Positions 1 through 13,250 of a DNA stretch of 64,000 nt are shown one piece after another. The notes below the pieces were generated by a model. The model had not been told where the DNA came from. It was given only the letters and a program-made list of their open reading frames with translations, and ran no database searches. The position numbers were made by a program, and so were the translations under genes. Origin of the DNA: Eledone cirrhosa (Eukaryota); contig OZ024742.1 of the NCBI GenBank assembly GCA_964016885.1, positions 43,276,001 to 43,340,000 on the forward strand, in the 5' to 3' direction. Positions within the stretch are counted from its first letter, which is position 1. Every line of letters starts with the position of its first letter.

Positions 1-953
1 ATAAATTCTGGCTATGGAAACAGCAGTTGGAAGCAAGAGGACTGAGAGTGAACCTAGCTAAGACAAAAGTGTTGATGAGTAGAAAAGAGGACAAAACTCT
101 GATTCCATTGGGGAAATGGCCATGTTCGATATGCAGAAAAGGAACTGGCATAAATTCTATAAAATGCACACAATGCAGATCCTGGGTACACAAGAGATGT
201 AGTGGGATAGCAGGCAAACTAACAGGTAGGGAGAAATACGTATGCAGTAGATGTACAGGGAAATTAGACAGTAGAAGTCGCATTGATAGACACATTTTTC
301 AAATGCAGGCGGGTGCTATAGAAGTGGTTGACAGCTTCCGGTACCTAGGAGATCAGATTAGCATGGGATGGGGGGTGGGGGGTCCGAGGCCATAGTATTT
401 AGAATAAGGACGGGTTGGAAGAAGTTTAGGGAGCTGCTTCCTCTGCTGATAAAGAAGGGTTTCTCCCTGCGAACGAAAGGCTGGTTATATGATGTCTGTG
501 TGAGGAGCGCGATGCTGCATGGTAGTGAGATATGGGCAGCAACAGCAGAGGATATGCGACGGCTGGAGAGAAATGAGGCAAGCATGCTCCGTTGGATGTG
601 CAATGTCAATGTGCGTGAACGACCCAGCATAAATGTGTTGAGACAGAAACTGTGTCTGAGAAGGATAGAATGTAGTGTGCGAGAGAGGAAACTGAGGTGG
701 TATGGACATGTGATGCGCATGGAGGATGACCGATGGGTGAAGAAGTGCCAGGAAATGCCAGTTGAAGGAAGACGTGGTAGAGGTAGACCACAAAAAACAT
801 GGTCGGAGGTGGTGAGAACAGACCTCAGATCGCTGAAGCTCACGGTGGAGATGACGAAGGACCGTGACAAGTGGAGAGATGCTGTGCTGAATAAGACCCG
901 CCCCACCTTTGCAAGCAGGGAAAAGCGGACGTAAAATGATAATGATGATGATG
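1..953 (+). mobile_element. RTE-clade LINE, family B, 3' portion (frameshifted)
   Basis: ORFs 27-395 and 368-934 contain GL.VN..KTK, a Cys/His finger, FRYLG, LRWYGHV.R and GRP.KTW. The stop is followed directly by a (GAT)n tail. Confidence 0.92.
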
Positions 954-1172
954 AATTATCCAAAGAGCCTCTTAATCCATGTCAGTAGAATGACCCCCGT
1001 CATTTTTGCTCAAAGCCGGCCATTAATCGCTCGTTTACATAAAACTGACTAGCCTATCTGCTGATAAGAAAATCTGGCTGATTAGTGAGTCTTCTAATAT
1101 GCATAATTGCAAACGAATCGAATATTATTATTAATATTCGAAAAACTCAGATTTACATTTCTTATATAAACC

Positions 1173-1540
1173 GGAGCAATGTGAAATAAAGTGTCTTGCT
1201 CAAGGAAACAACACATCACCCGGTCTGAGATCGAAAGGTTGTGAGTTCAATTCTCAGACCGGGTGATGTGTTGTTTCCTTGAGCAAGACACTTTATTTCA
1301 CATTGCTCCAGTTTACTCAGCTGTAGAAATGAGATGATAGGGACTGGGGTCCCTATCATTCCACTCCAAAGTGGTCGTGGAGGTGCCACGGCAAAAAAGC
1401 ACCCAGCACTCACTGTAAATGAGGCTGGTGTTAGGAAGAGCATCCAGCTGTAGAAATCAAGCCAGAATCAGTTCCCATCCCACCCTTCGAAGCAGGGAAA
1501 AGCGGACGTAAAAATGATGATGATGATTAAACGATGATGA
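1173..1540 (+). mobile_element. tRNA-derived SINE (family 2) with RTE-type tail and 5' inverted duplication
   Basis: Box-B-like GAGTTCAATT, core tccttgagcaagacactt, tail ...gggaaaagcggacgtaaaaatgatga. Related copies at 27866-28100 and 35823-36205 (-). Confidence 0.8.
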
Positions 1541-2600
1541 TATATATATATAGTGTCTCTGTTTTTCTTTTGATAAAATTTAAAATTATCTATTAGTGTA
1601 TTGAGTTGCATATGTGATGTGTGTAGAGAATCCATGCAAAGTATGCATATTGGATGTATATATCTGTATGTATGTCTGTGTGTATATATATATATATATA
1701 TGATGCCTAGTAGACAACTGAAAATGGATAATCCTAACTTCTAATTTCTAATTTTTCATTATACTTAATTGCAACAACACAGCTCGCCATTTTGATTCAT
1801 ATAAGCTTCCCCCTTTGCTGTGCCCATCTATTTTCTCTTCCCTTGCTGCTATCCTCTCTCCCTCCTTCTCCCTCTTACTTTCACTCACCCCCTCTGCTAG
1901 TCACTTTCTCTCGGCTAGCCTCTTCCTCGCACTTTCACTCACTCACCCTCTCTCTCACTTCCTCCATCGTCCAGCACTGTATGCGGTCTTTCTTCTCGCT
2001 CACACTGTTACGGTCAAGACGCTGTCTTTTTCTATCTCGTCAAAATTCGCCTGTTCTTATGTTCGAAATGAATTATTGACTTGATATTTTTCCTAATTTT
2101 CCTCTCTTTACGTTGCTTCACCCTTTGTGTCTGTTTACATGTCTTTCTTTCTCCACCCACTTCTTTTTATCCCAATAACTTATTTTAGTTATTGAATCGC
2201 CCTAGGCGGAGGTATCTTGTCTCTAACGCGAAGAAATACCTAGTAGACAACTGATGACAGAGAATCCTAACTTCTAATTTCTAATTATATATATATATAT
2301 ATACACACACATATATATATGCGTGTGTATCCCAGGTTCAATCGGGGTTAACTACAGTAAGTAAGGTGCTCAATACACAGTAGAGTATATACAATATTTA
2401 ATATAGAAATGGCTTCTACAGGACTAGAACTGTTTCATTCAAATGAAATCATCATCACATATATATATGGCTCCTGTCATTTTACTTTATAATATATATA
2501 TATATATATATTCATCATCATCACCATTTAACATTCATTTTTCCATACTAGCATGGCTTAGACGAGAGCATATATATATGCGTGTGTGTGTGTATCTTAC

Positions 2601-2714
2601 TTGTAATGTTCTCCTTTTGTTATCTTCTGTGTGTATCCATGCTCTCAAAGAAAGTTCACTTATGAATATTTCAGCAGCTTTTGCAAACAAGACTGGGGCT
2701 TCAGCACTGATCAT
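2601..2714 (-). CDS. NFYC: NF-Y subunit gamma, coding exon 3 ([38 protein letters not shown])
   Basis: Near-invariant NF-YC histone-fold sequence. Acceptor caacag, donor GTAAG, 114 nt. The expected next exon (RNDIAMAI...) is not seen, so it lies left of the window. Confidence 0.97.
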
Positions 2715-3669
2715 CTGTTGATAAAGATAATACAACAGATAAACAAACATAGAAACCAAAATAAAAATCTATGAAAAATGAAAATAGGAAGAAGAAAAAA
2801 GAAAAAAAAACTTTTAAAAAATACAGAAAAGGAAATCAGAAATCAGAAGCAAATATAAAAACTAACAAACAGAACAATAGAAAAGAAGAAATAGAAAGGA
2901 GTCAATTATCAGATTGGACCAAAGGAAATAATGTTACCATTGATCTTTCCATTGCTGATACTATTTGCTGGTTGCAATTCCTAACAGAAACTGCAACATT
3001 AAATAAAGTGTTTTCCTAAAAAATGCAATGCACTGACCAATCCAGGAATTGAACCCATCACCTTAAGGTTGTGAGTCTAACATGCAAATCAATATGTCAC
3101 ATGCCTTCACAACAGTAAATATATTGATAAATATAAGTTTGTTGTTGACACAATGTTTATCGGAATAGTATATGAAACTAGGTATATTCTTAATATAAAA
3201 AACATATTTAGCTCTTTTGACACCAAACCACTGCAAGGACACATAACACTAGGGACAATACAAGGATGAAAAACATAAATAAATTATAATGTAGACACAA
3301 GTGAAAATGTTTTTTGGTTAGGAGTGGAGTCAGTTAAGTCTACTCCAGTATTTAACTGGTACTTAATCCTTGTAATACTAAACCACTTGAAACTGCCCCT
3401 GGTTCTATGATACTTAGCTGTCTATTTGAAAGTGTTTATATTCATCTAAATACTTTCCATCATAATTTTATGTATGAAGTTATTTTCCTTAATAATGAGA
3501 AAGTTAATTAAATCATTCCAAATTCTTCATTATTTGACAATAATAGACACAGTGTTTCATTAGAAATATAGTAACGAAACAATTAATTTATCCACTTAAA
3601 AAAAATGAAAGTCAATGTTGGCAGGATTTGAAATCAGAACGTAAAGGTATGTAAATAGATATTAAGGCA

Positions 3670-3985
3670 CAATGACGAAAATATATCTACCAAGGAAATA
3701 AAGAAATTATCCAAATATAAAAACCTGAAGATAGAAATAATCTGAATGTAGATGATGAAAACAAACAATCCCTATAATATTAGGTACTCTAAAAATACAT
3801 AGACAGATAATCATAACTCCAGGAGTTGCAAATATATACAACATACTTAAAATAGCACTACTAGGCACTGCACACATATTACGAAGAATACTTTCAATAC
3901 AATAGAAATAACAATATCCAAGGCACACAGAGCTGAGATCAGTAATGCAGTAACAGCACACAATAAAAATAATAAGAATAATAAT
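3670..3985 (+). mobile_element. R4/Dong-like LINE 3'-end fragment with (TAA)n tail (second copy at ~9330-9620)
   Basis: KIALLGTAHILR..LS.Q* C-terminus in both copies, each next to AAT microsatellite. Confidence 0.7.
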
Positions 3986-4199
3986 AATGGTTTTAGATTT
4001 AGGCACAAGGCCAGCAATTTTGGGGGAGGGGAAAGTCAATTAAATCGCCTCCAATGCGTTACTGGTACTTTATTTTATTGACCCCGTAAGGATGAAAGGC
4101 AAAAGCTAACCATGGCGAGATATGAACTCAGAATGTAAAGGGACTCTAATTCTCTAATTTGGTCTCTGTAGGCTTTGCATGCCGGGAGCAATGAATTCA

Positions 4200-4745
4200 G
4201 CTTCCAGTAGCCTGGTCCCTAACTATGAAGCTTATCTAGATCAACTACAGTTCACAAATTTGTGGTCTGTGTAGTCGACTACCTTGAATTGTGGACAACC
4301 TATGCCAGACTTATCTATTTCCTTACAAAATATTCTATCTACACATTACCTGGATGACCTGATGCAGTTTGTTCATGTCCACATTGGCACATTCGGGAAA
4401 TCCAGTCAATACCTGTCAGACATTTGAAAGTATTTGAGCAGGTTTACAAGGCTTTTATACCCTCCTCCCCTATCCACTAGTCCCACACAGTCCCAACATG
4501 CATCAAAGATCCCATTTTAATTGCCCACTAACACTAAAGATCAGGATGTTCCTAGGAAGGTCTCCAGGCACAAGAAATCAGGCTGTTGGGGCATAGATGG
4601 CCACTAACCTGAAGGCGTGCCTTTCGCTGCTGATCATGTTCAGCACCACCAACTTACCTTCTGGATCGAAGAAAATGGCCCCTATCATGAGATTCAGACC
4701 TCTCCAAAACAACACAGCTACTCCGCCTCCAGATCCCAGACAGCT
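4200..4745 (-). mobile_element. Degenerate L1/Tx1-like LINE APE endonuclease fragment
   Basis: GGVAVLF...DPEGKLV......FRLVAIYAP, followed by a decayed GDWN-like motif with stops. Confidence 0.65.
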
Positions 4746-4759
4746 AGGAGATGCATGAA

Positions 4760-5490
4760 AAGAAAAACCATTGCATGGGCAATACCCCAAACAAGCTGAA
4801 GAAGCTGATATAGATATGAAAAGAACCCATCAGTGGGTGCATAACACTGGTTTGAAAGCTGAAAAAGAAGGATTTATTCAAGCGGCTTGAGATCAGTCTC
4901 CTCACCTGAAACTATCAAGCTAATGTCTTGCACAATGGGGTAGACACAAAGTGCAAACTTTACAATAACGAACTTTAGAGCATTGACCAAATTGTTGTTG
5001 GTTGCTCAGTCCTTGCTTCTATAGAATATAAAACCAGGCATGATCAAGTTGGTCAATACTTGCACTGGAGCATATGTTGTCACTATGATATCCCAGTCAC
5101 TGAGGGAGAAAATGTTACCATTCTATAGGATTGTGGGATACATACAGACAGGTAAATAACTGCTAACAGGCCCAGACATCGTCATCAAAAGCCTAAGACA
5201 AAGACATGCCTTTTAATTGATATGACAGTGCCTACTGATAGAAACATCTCAGCAAAAGAATTTGAGAAATTATCTAAATCATGGACCTTGTGACTGAAAT
5301 ATCTAGGATATGGCAATTAAAAACCAATATCCTCCCCATTGTTGTTGGTGTCCTGGGAATGGTTAAGAAAGGTACTGACAAATTTTTTGACCAGATCCCA
5401 GGGAAACCAGCAATCTACAAGGTTAAAAAAAATTGTTCTGACATCAACCGCTCACCTTCTTAGAAAGTTTCTCTCCATCTGCCTAAAGTC
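4760..5490 (+). mobile_element. Degenerate R4/Dong-like LINE 3' region (Zn knuckle plus RLE nuclease)
   Basis: Hand translation gives GLKAE.EGFI.AA.DQ, GCSVLA..EYK.RHDQV, NRPDIV, LLIDMTVP and PIVVGVLG. Confidence 0.8.
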
Positions 5491-5700
5491 TCTTGGTTGA
5501 GAACTGGTTGGAAGATGAAATAAAATGGAAATCAAACGAAAAATAAAAAAATAATAATTAAATGATCCAGTATTAACTGGATCATTTATTAAATGATCCA
5601 GTATTTAAATGAATAACAACAACAATAATAATAATAATTCTACATAAGAAAACAATAAGTGAGACAGACAAGAGAAAGATTAGGACTTTGTTGAACTAAC

Positions 5701-5772
5701 TTTAACATCTTCATCAAGTTTCATAATTTTCTTTATCCTTGCTAGAGGAAGTTCTTGGCTTTTGAATTCATT
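5701..5772 (-). CDS. NFYC: NF-Y subunit gamma, coding exon 2 (NEFKSQELPLARIKKIMKLDEDVK)
   Basis: Hand translation gives the diagnostic ELPLARIKKIMKLDEDVK histone-fold motif. Acceptor tttcatag, donor GTTAG, 72 nt, phase 0/0. Not in the ORF track. Confidence 0.96.
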
Positions 5773-6446
5773 CTATGAAACAATAAAAAAAAAAATGACA
5801 CATATAGATAACATTTTATTACAATACAAAGTAAATTTAACTCTTTTGACAGCCAAAACACCTGATAATTTTTAAATGCTTATATTTATTTAAAAACCTT
5901 CCATCATAATTTTATCTAAGAACCTTTGTTATGTTCCAAGCACCAGCTTAATAATAAGAAAATTAGTTATATTATTAAATCTCCCCAAATTCTTGATCAT
6001 TTTCAAAATGATTTAAAAATGACAGCCAGTCTTTCATGAGAAATATAACAAAGAAATGAAATTCTTTTGTATTCAAGCCAACCAAAAATTTGGCACCATT
6101 TATTTTCCCATAACCCTTTCACTATCATCTATGACTTAAGTTGATTTACTAGCAGACTGCCTTATTCAACTCCAGCTATAAATTCTAGACCTCACAATAA
6201 CTGATGAACTCTCATAGTAACCCCATAGTTGTTGATACTCTTCTACAAAGCTTAAGTAAAACTCACATTGGAATACTACTTCATTTAACTTGGTACTACA
6301 GCTATATTGAATGTGGTACCCTAACATGGCTATGGTCCAATGACTGACACCAATAGAATATAAGGCAATTTTAAAATTATATTTTTTCTCAACAATTATC
6401 TATAGTGATTGACTGCATTTGTGACTATAACATTTTCATATATTAT

Positions 6447-7180
6447 CATCATCGTCATCGTTTAATATCTATTTTATATGCTAGCATGGCTTAGATGGGT
6501 TGTCTCGTTTGAGGCAAGTTAGGTCAGGTGACCATGTCTTGATCATACAGAACTGTTTCTCACTTGGTTTCTACAGCTGGATGCTCTAATGCCAACCACA
6601 TTTACAGTGTATGCTGGGTGCTTTTTGTCATGACACCTACACAACCACTTTACAGTGTGGGCTGGATGCTTTTTGTTGTGACACCTACATGACCACTTTA
6701 TAGTGTCAGCTTGATGCTTTTTGTTGTGATACCAACATGACAACTTTACAGTGTAAGAGTGGTGTGATCAGATGTGGGTGGGGTGTTAGGGCGTGGGAAG
6801 TGTATGGAAAGGGGAGGAAGGATAGTGGTTAAGAAGTGCCTACTAGATGTATGCTTCAGTACGTGCACACAGGAAGGCGGGTTTTCTGTATTACTGCATA
6901 ATGCCAAAGATCTCGATCATGTATTATTGTGTTTGAGAGATGCAATTGTCCAAGGTCAGCTTTAATCACCTCATCCCACGTTTTCCTACTCCATAGCTTC
7001 CATCAAATTTGATTGCCTTGCACCTTTTTATACAACTATCATCCTTCATACACATCATATAACCATACCAATGCAATCTCCTCTCTTGCACAGTGCATCT
7101 GATCCCTCTTATGCCCAGTCTCAATTCATTTATGCTTTGCCATTCATGTATATTACTATTACACATACATAGAAGCATGC
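6447..7180 (-). mobile_element. Degenerate RTE 3' end with 3'UTR
   Basis: ERRLHWYG.M..MKDDSCIK, a 48-nt-module 3'UTR and a (GAT)n tail. Confidence 0.8.
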
Positions 7181-7714
7181 CAGTTGTAAAGTAAAAACTC
7201 TTAGGCTGAATCGAACTCTATGACCATATCTCACCAACTGCAGAGTGTGGGAGAGGGGTGGGTAATCAATTAGTCCCCCACTTCCATGGCTATACACAAC
7301 TGTTGGGTCAAACTGAGGTTCACAAGAGAACAAACTTTGGTAATGAAAACATCAAATTGGTCTGTTCCCTTGTCTATAACTTGTATTGCATTAGCAACAT
7401 AACCTTATTAAATAAGATGCTGTCTGAGGATGACACATTATTGGATGTGTGATCACAATATCATGTAACCATGAACAGCATTCAAATATGTGCCACGGCT
7501 GATTATGAATAAAATTATGAATATCTGCATCTGACCTTCGCAATTATCATTATTGTACATATAATCCATCATGGACTGTCAAACACATGACGTTCAGTGC
7601 ATCCTCAATCACTGATTGGTGTGTTGCATACACACCTCTGATTAAGATTTTTAAGTATATATATATATAATTGTCATTTTAATGTCCTCTTTCCCTGCTA
7701 TATATATATATATA

Positions 7715-8035
7715 TCACCTTGACCGACCAGTCTGTCGGGCCGCCATTCGGCACCGCTGGTCACAGCACACTGTCCATTCCTCTCTGGATCGTGCTTTCC
7801 TCATCCATGTAGTCCCAATCGTATTCCTAAAATCGTAACTCCACCCTCGTGGAGGCCTTCCGAGTGGTTGTTTCCGCTCGTGCGGGTACCATTCGGCAAC
7901 TGCGCGGGTCCACCGATTATTGGTGAACCGGGCGACGTGTCCAGCCCATCTGAACTTGCTGCGCATATATTCCGTGATGACATCTCTCACGCCGGACTTC
8001 TGGCTGATGACTTTGTTCCTGATATGCTCTCTCAA
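7715..8035 (-). mobile_element. 5'-truncated RTE of a distinct GC-rich family, inserted in (TA)n
   Basis: KFRWAGHVAR...RWT....W.P.......GRP...W. Both ends are flanked by (TA)n. Confidence 0.85.
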
Positions 8036-8680
8036 TATATATATATAAATGTCAGTGGCGTAGACTATGGTGTGTGGATTACTAAAACATGTGATTTTAG
8101 GTTCAGTCCCACTGCATGGCACCTTGGACAAGTGTTTTCTACTCTTGGTTCAGGCTAATCAATACATTGTCATTTGTAAGTATATGTTTGTGTATGTGGC
8201 CTTGCATCCAAAACACCCTTAACCCATTTAATACCAACCTGCCCCAAACCTTCCTGGTTTTATGATACATAACTGCTCCTTTTACACTACACCTGATTCC
8301 TCTCAGTGAAAAGCTGGTTATAAGAAGAATTAGATGTAATGTAGAAAAGAGAAAAAAAAATCGATATTAGCGCCCACTAATATGCCCTTTTATTTAGACT
8401 TTTTCTGTAGTCAAAAAAATACGGTGAAGCTTCTAACTTTCTCATAAATGTAAAATCACCCAGACCACTCTGTAAGATGGTTGTGCTGGTGAAACAACAA
8501 AAAGCACCCAGTCCACACTGTAATGTGGTTGACGTTAGGAAAGGCATCCATACCGGTAATACCATCTCAGGATGACATACAAATAACTGTAATACACATC
8601 AACTAAACAATATTTATCAGTATGTGAAATACGTCAGGATATCTCACAACAAACAACAAAAAAATATACATGAACCTCAC

Positions 8681-8806
8681 CTGTGTCATCTTTTTAATCC
8701 CTTCCATACTATTGGGCCAAAAGGACTGCAACATTGTGGTGGCTTCATTGGAAATTCCTGAAGCTGTACCTCCCGTTGGTTGGTAGACAGGATCATTTCC
8801 AGACAT
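8681..8806 (-). CDS. NFYC: NF-Y subunit gamma, first coding exon (MSGNDPVYQPTGG...LQSFWPNSMEGIKKMTQ)
   Basis: The LQSFWP..MEGI motif matches the NF-YC N-terminus. GTGAG donor follows 8681, AG acceptor at 8813-8814, 126 nt, phase 0. Confidence 0.9.
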
Positions 8807-8814
8807 GATTTACT

Positions 8815-8855
<41 letters not shown>

Positions 8856-9809
8856 TGTTTTTACTTTTTGGCACAAGGCCAGCAATTACCCAGCATATTA
8901 CTGGTACTTTATTTTATCCACCCCGTAAGGATGAAAGGCAAAGTTAACCTCAGCAGGATTTGAACTCAGAATGGCAAGGGCCGTAACTCTATGCGTCAAA
9001 GCTTGGTGTCTGGCCCTCTACCGATACTGCCAAACCAATAATAATAATAATGATTTCATTTATTGGCCACAAGGGACAATACAAAGACAGGGACAGTGGG
9101 GGTTTACAATAAGGTCGAGTAAAAGTGCACAATGGCAAGACTAATTTAACAATGAAGATATAAAAATATATAATAAATTATGCATAAATATAACAAAATA
9201 AATTCCCCTATAGGAGGTGGACGACCCAGGGATGACTCAGGTACCCCACCAATCCTGAACCACCCTGCGCTTATAGGGCACCCAGGGAGAGCACCCAATA
9301 ATAATAATAATGATGATAATAGAAATAACTCAAATGTGGAAAATGAAAACAGAAACAATACCTATAATAATAGGTGCTCTGGGAATGATAAAAACACACA
9401 GACAAATATATAACTAAAACCCCAGGACTTACAAATATATACAGCATACAAAAAATAGCACTACTAGGCACTGCACACATATTACGAAAAGTACTATCAA
9501 TGCAATAGAAACAACATCAGCAAAAATGACACTGCTCATAACCAAGGCGCACAGAGCTGTGTTCAGTAAAGCAGTAATGATGCACTATAAAAATAATAAT
9601 AGAAATAACAACAATAATAGGAAGAAGAAGGAGGACGAGGGGGATTTCATTTATTGACCAAAAGGATCCAAGATATTGGGGACAATACAAGGACAAAACA
9701 ACAAAGAATGGGGTTTAAATGGAGTTAAGGAAAGGAAACACCACTGAAGAGAAAACAGTAGGTATAACAATAATAGGAATTTTTTTAAATATTCATGATA
9801 ACAACAGAA

Positions 9810-11120
9810 CACAATAATTGTTTCTATTTTTGGCACAAGGCCAGCAATTATCCCAGTGTATTACTGGTACTTTATTTTATCAACCCCGTAAGGATGAAAG
9901 GCAAAGTTAATCTTGGCGGGAACACAATAATGAATGTCAAATAGGGCCAGTTCTCCAATAGGGATGTGGATTAAACTTTAATTCCAGGGAGAACCCAACA
10001 GAAAACCCCAAATTACTCTATTGCCTCACAGGCACTAACAATATCCTCTTCTCGTTTCTTTCCTCCTGCTTACAAACAAAACATGGTCAGAGTAGGCCCA
10101 TTCAGCCTCATAATAATTGTTTCTACTTTTGGCACAAGGCCAGCAATTATTCCAGTGTATTGCTGGTACTTTATTTTATCGACCCCGTAAGGATGAAAGG
10201 CAAAGTTAACCTTGGCGGGATTTGAACTCAGACTATAAAGGGCCGTAACTCTATGCTGCAAAGCATGGTGCCCGGCCCTCTACCAATACAGACTTTTGAC
10301 ACAAGGCCAGAAATTTGAAGGGAAGGGGGAAAGTTAATTAAAATGTACTTTATTTTATCGACTCTGTAAGGATGAAAGGTAAAGCTCACCTTGGCAGGAT
10401 TTGAACTCAAAACATAAAGGACTGTAACTATAATATCAATACTGGTTTCTGATTTAGGCAGAAGGCCAACGAATTTGAGGGAGGGGAAAGTCGATTAAAT
10501 TAACCTCATTGCTTTATTTTATCAACCCTGTAAGGATGAAAGGCAAAGCTAATCTTGGTAGGATTTGAACTCAGAATGTGAAGGGACATAACAATATGCC
10601 ACAAAGCATATTGACTAATGCTCTACTGATACTGTCAATCCACCACCCTCTATGATAATTTCTGATTTAGGCACAAGACCAAAAATTCTGGAAGATGGGA
10701 AAGTCAATTAAATCGACACCAGTGCATTACTGGTACCTTATTTTTTCAATCCCGAAAGGATGAATGGCAAAGTTAACCTCGGCAGGATTTTATCTCAGAG
10801 TGTAAAGGGCCATGACTCTATTCCACAAAGCTTGTTGTCCAATGCTTTACTGATACTGTCAATCCACTATCCTCTATAATAATAATCAACCCCAGAACTT
10901 AACTGGTACTTCATTTATCAACTTCAGAAGGATCAAAAGAAAAATTGACCTTGACAGGATTTGAATTCAAAATATAAAGAGTCATAAATGTGAGAAAGCA
11001 TTTTGTCAGACAATCTAATGATTCTACCCAACCAGTCTTAATAATTGTTTCTACTTTAAGCACAAGGCCAGCAATTACCCAGTGCATTACTGGTACTTTA
11101 TTTTATCGACCCCATCCAGT
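9810..11120 (-). mobile_element. Tandem cluster of about 7 MetaSINE-like tRNA SINE copies (family 1)
   Basis: Repeated core ctttgcctttcatccttacggggtcgataaaataaagtaccag (Meta-domain-like), box B GAGTTCAAAT and (ATT)n tails. Other copies at 3985-4150, 8855-9040, 16410-17240, 19530-19690, 35390-35575, 58198-58320 and 58715-58900. Confidence 0.8.
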
Positions 11121-12346
11121 CTTAATAATGATGATAATGAGAATACAAGAATATCTAGTAAAGAACAATGGAAAATTAACACAGAGCTATAAAACTCAAA
11201 CAAAACTAAAAACTGCTTCCTGTCTTGAAAGAAGCCAACAAATACTAAAACAGTGACTGACTGGGATGACAAACAACTGTGAGAAGAATGGAGACACAAC
11301 AGAAATTGTGATTAAACTAAAACCTAAGATAAAAATGAGAATACAGAATAATATGATAAAACGATAACAAGAGAAGCCCATACATGAATAATATTAACAT
11401 TATAATTTTGTTTGCTTTCCATGCTAGCATGGGTTGTAATGTTCCATGACTAGACAGGTAGCAAATACATCTTGCCAGTGTGCTCCATATTTTGCCATGA
11501 TTTCTATAGCTAATGCCAATTGGCAGGCATTTGCCTGCAACATATCAACTTCTTCACATAATTGTGTTAACTGTGTACTGGAAATGTTTATCATGTAGAT
11601 TACAAACACTATGAAGGTTGTCTTGTTTTTGACATAGCTGAAGAGTCCTTCTGACCCTGTTTGATTGGTTTTCTACAGCTGGATGCTCTTTCTACCAACC
11701 TTACACAGTATACTGGATGCATTAATCCTATAAACCACCAATATTAGGGAGGTTGTCAGGTATCTAACAACTGGAGAATCTTCTTGAACTCTTTTGGGGG
11801 CATACTTTCTGCAAGTGGATATTCTCCCCTTACCAAATACCTTCATGGGTGTACTGGGTGCATTTTTTGTGGAACCAGCACTAAAGAAACTGCTGATTCA
11901 TAACTGTATCTTTTCAACCATTTTGGCACAATTTATCCGACTGGGAGCCCTATAAAGGAACTAATATCTTTCTGGAATTATAAGATGCTTACTGTTGAAT
12001 GCTAGCTCTTGACTTCACCATTTGCTGATGTTAATCAATGATAAATGTTGATAATTTTTGCTGGCATGAAATGGTGCCATATAGACCTTGTGGCTATGTA
12101 AATATAATACTTATTCTGTTTCTCTGTTTTGTTTTTTTAGCTTAATTATGCTGTTCTCTGCAAAATATTAGATATGTGGTTTCTTATAATATTGGCTGTG
12201 CAACCACTCTGAAGTCTTGGATTTTTAGCTTCAATTCTCTCATTGAGCAATCATAGAGCCGCATGATCATTATATATTATATATTGATCACTTTCATCAT
12301 CATCATCTTCGTTTAAAGTCCATTTTCCACGCTAGCATGGGTTAGA

Positions 12347-12377
<31 letters not shown>

Positions 12378-12378
<1 letters not shown>

Positions 12379-13250
12379 GACGCATAGTTAACCCAGTAGT
12401 ACAGGACGGTGTCATACCCAACGACTTGCGCAGTAGCATTATCATGAATTGCTACAAGAGCAAATGAGATGCATCAAGTTGATGGACCAGGTTATGAAAG
12501 TTGCTGAAAAAATTATAGCACAACTAATTAGGGAATGAAACGCAGTTTGGATTTCTGCCAGGTAGGTGTACTACCGATGCCTTCTTTCTGGTGAGGCAAC
12601 TACAGCAGAGGTACTTAGATACGAGTAAACCACTGTACCTAGCATTTGTAGATCTGGAGAAAGCTTTTGACAGAGTTCCATGCTCTATAATCTGGTGGGC
12701 ACTTAGGAAGCTAGGTGTAAAAGAATGGCTTGTGAGAGCCATGTATAAAGGAGCAACCAGCAGAGTGAGAGTAGGCAATGAGTACAGTGATGAACTTGAA
12801 GTGCAGGTGGGGGTACACCAGGAATCAGCCATCAGCCCATTCCTGTTTATCATTGTCCCTCAGGCCATCACTGAGGAGTTTTAAACTAACATTCCATGAG
12901 AGGTCCTATATGCTGACGATCTAGTCATAGTTGAATCCATAAGAAAGTTAGAGGCAAAATTTCAAGAACCTAGAGTTGTAAGGCCTAAAAGTCAATTTAG
13001 CGAAAACCAAAGTCCTAATAAGTAGAAAAGGAGACAGGATGCTGATACCATCAGGAAAGTGAGCTTATTAAATATGTCAGAAAGGGGTGCACTCTATGTA
13101 AACTATGGATGCACAAGAGGTATAGTGTGATTGCATGGGATGAAACTGTGAAGACTGGCCTTAAAAAACTAAACTTCACAACAGAAATGACTAAAGACTG
13201 TAAGGACTGACGTTATGTGGTGCTGAAAAAGACCCAACCTGCAACATACA
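12378..13250 (+). mobile_element. Degenerate, internally deleted RTE RT fragment
   Basis: QFGF.PGR.TTDA, FVDLEKAFDRV, GVHQ.S..SP.LF and LYADDL. It starts in (TA)n. Confidence 0.88.

Noticed and set aside
358-963. Long antisense ORFs over the RTE copies
   Set aside because: These are shadow frames of the RTE coding strand with no recognisable domain and inconsistent starts between copies.
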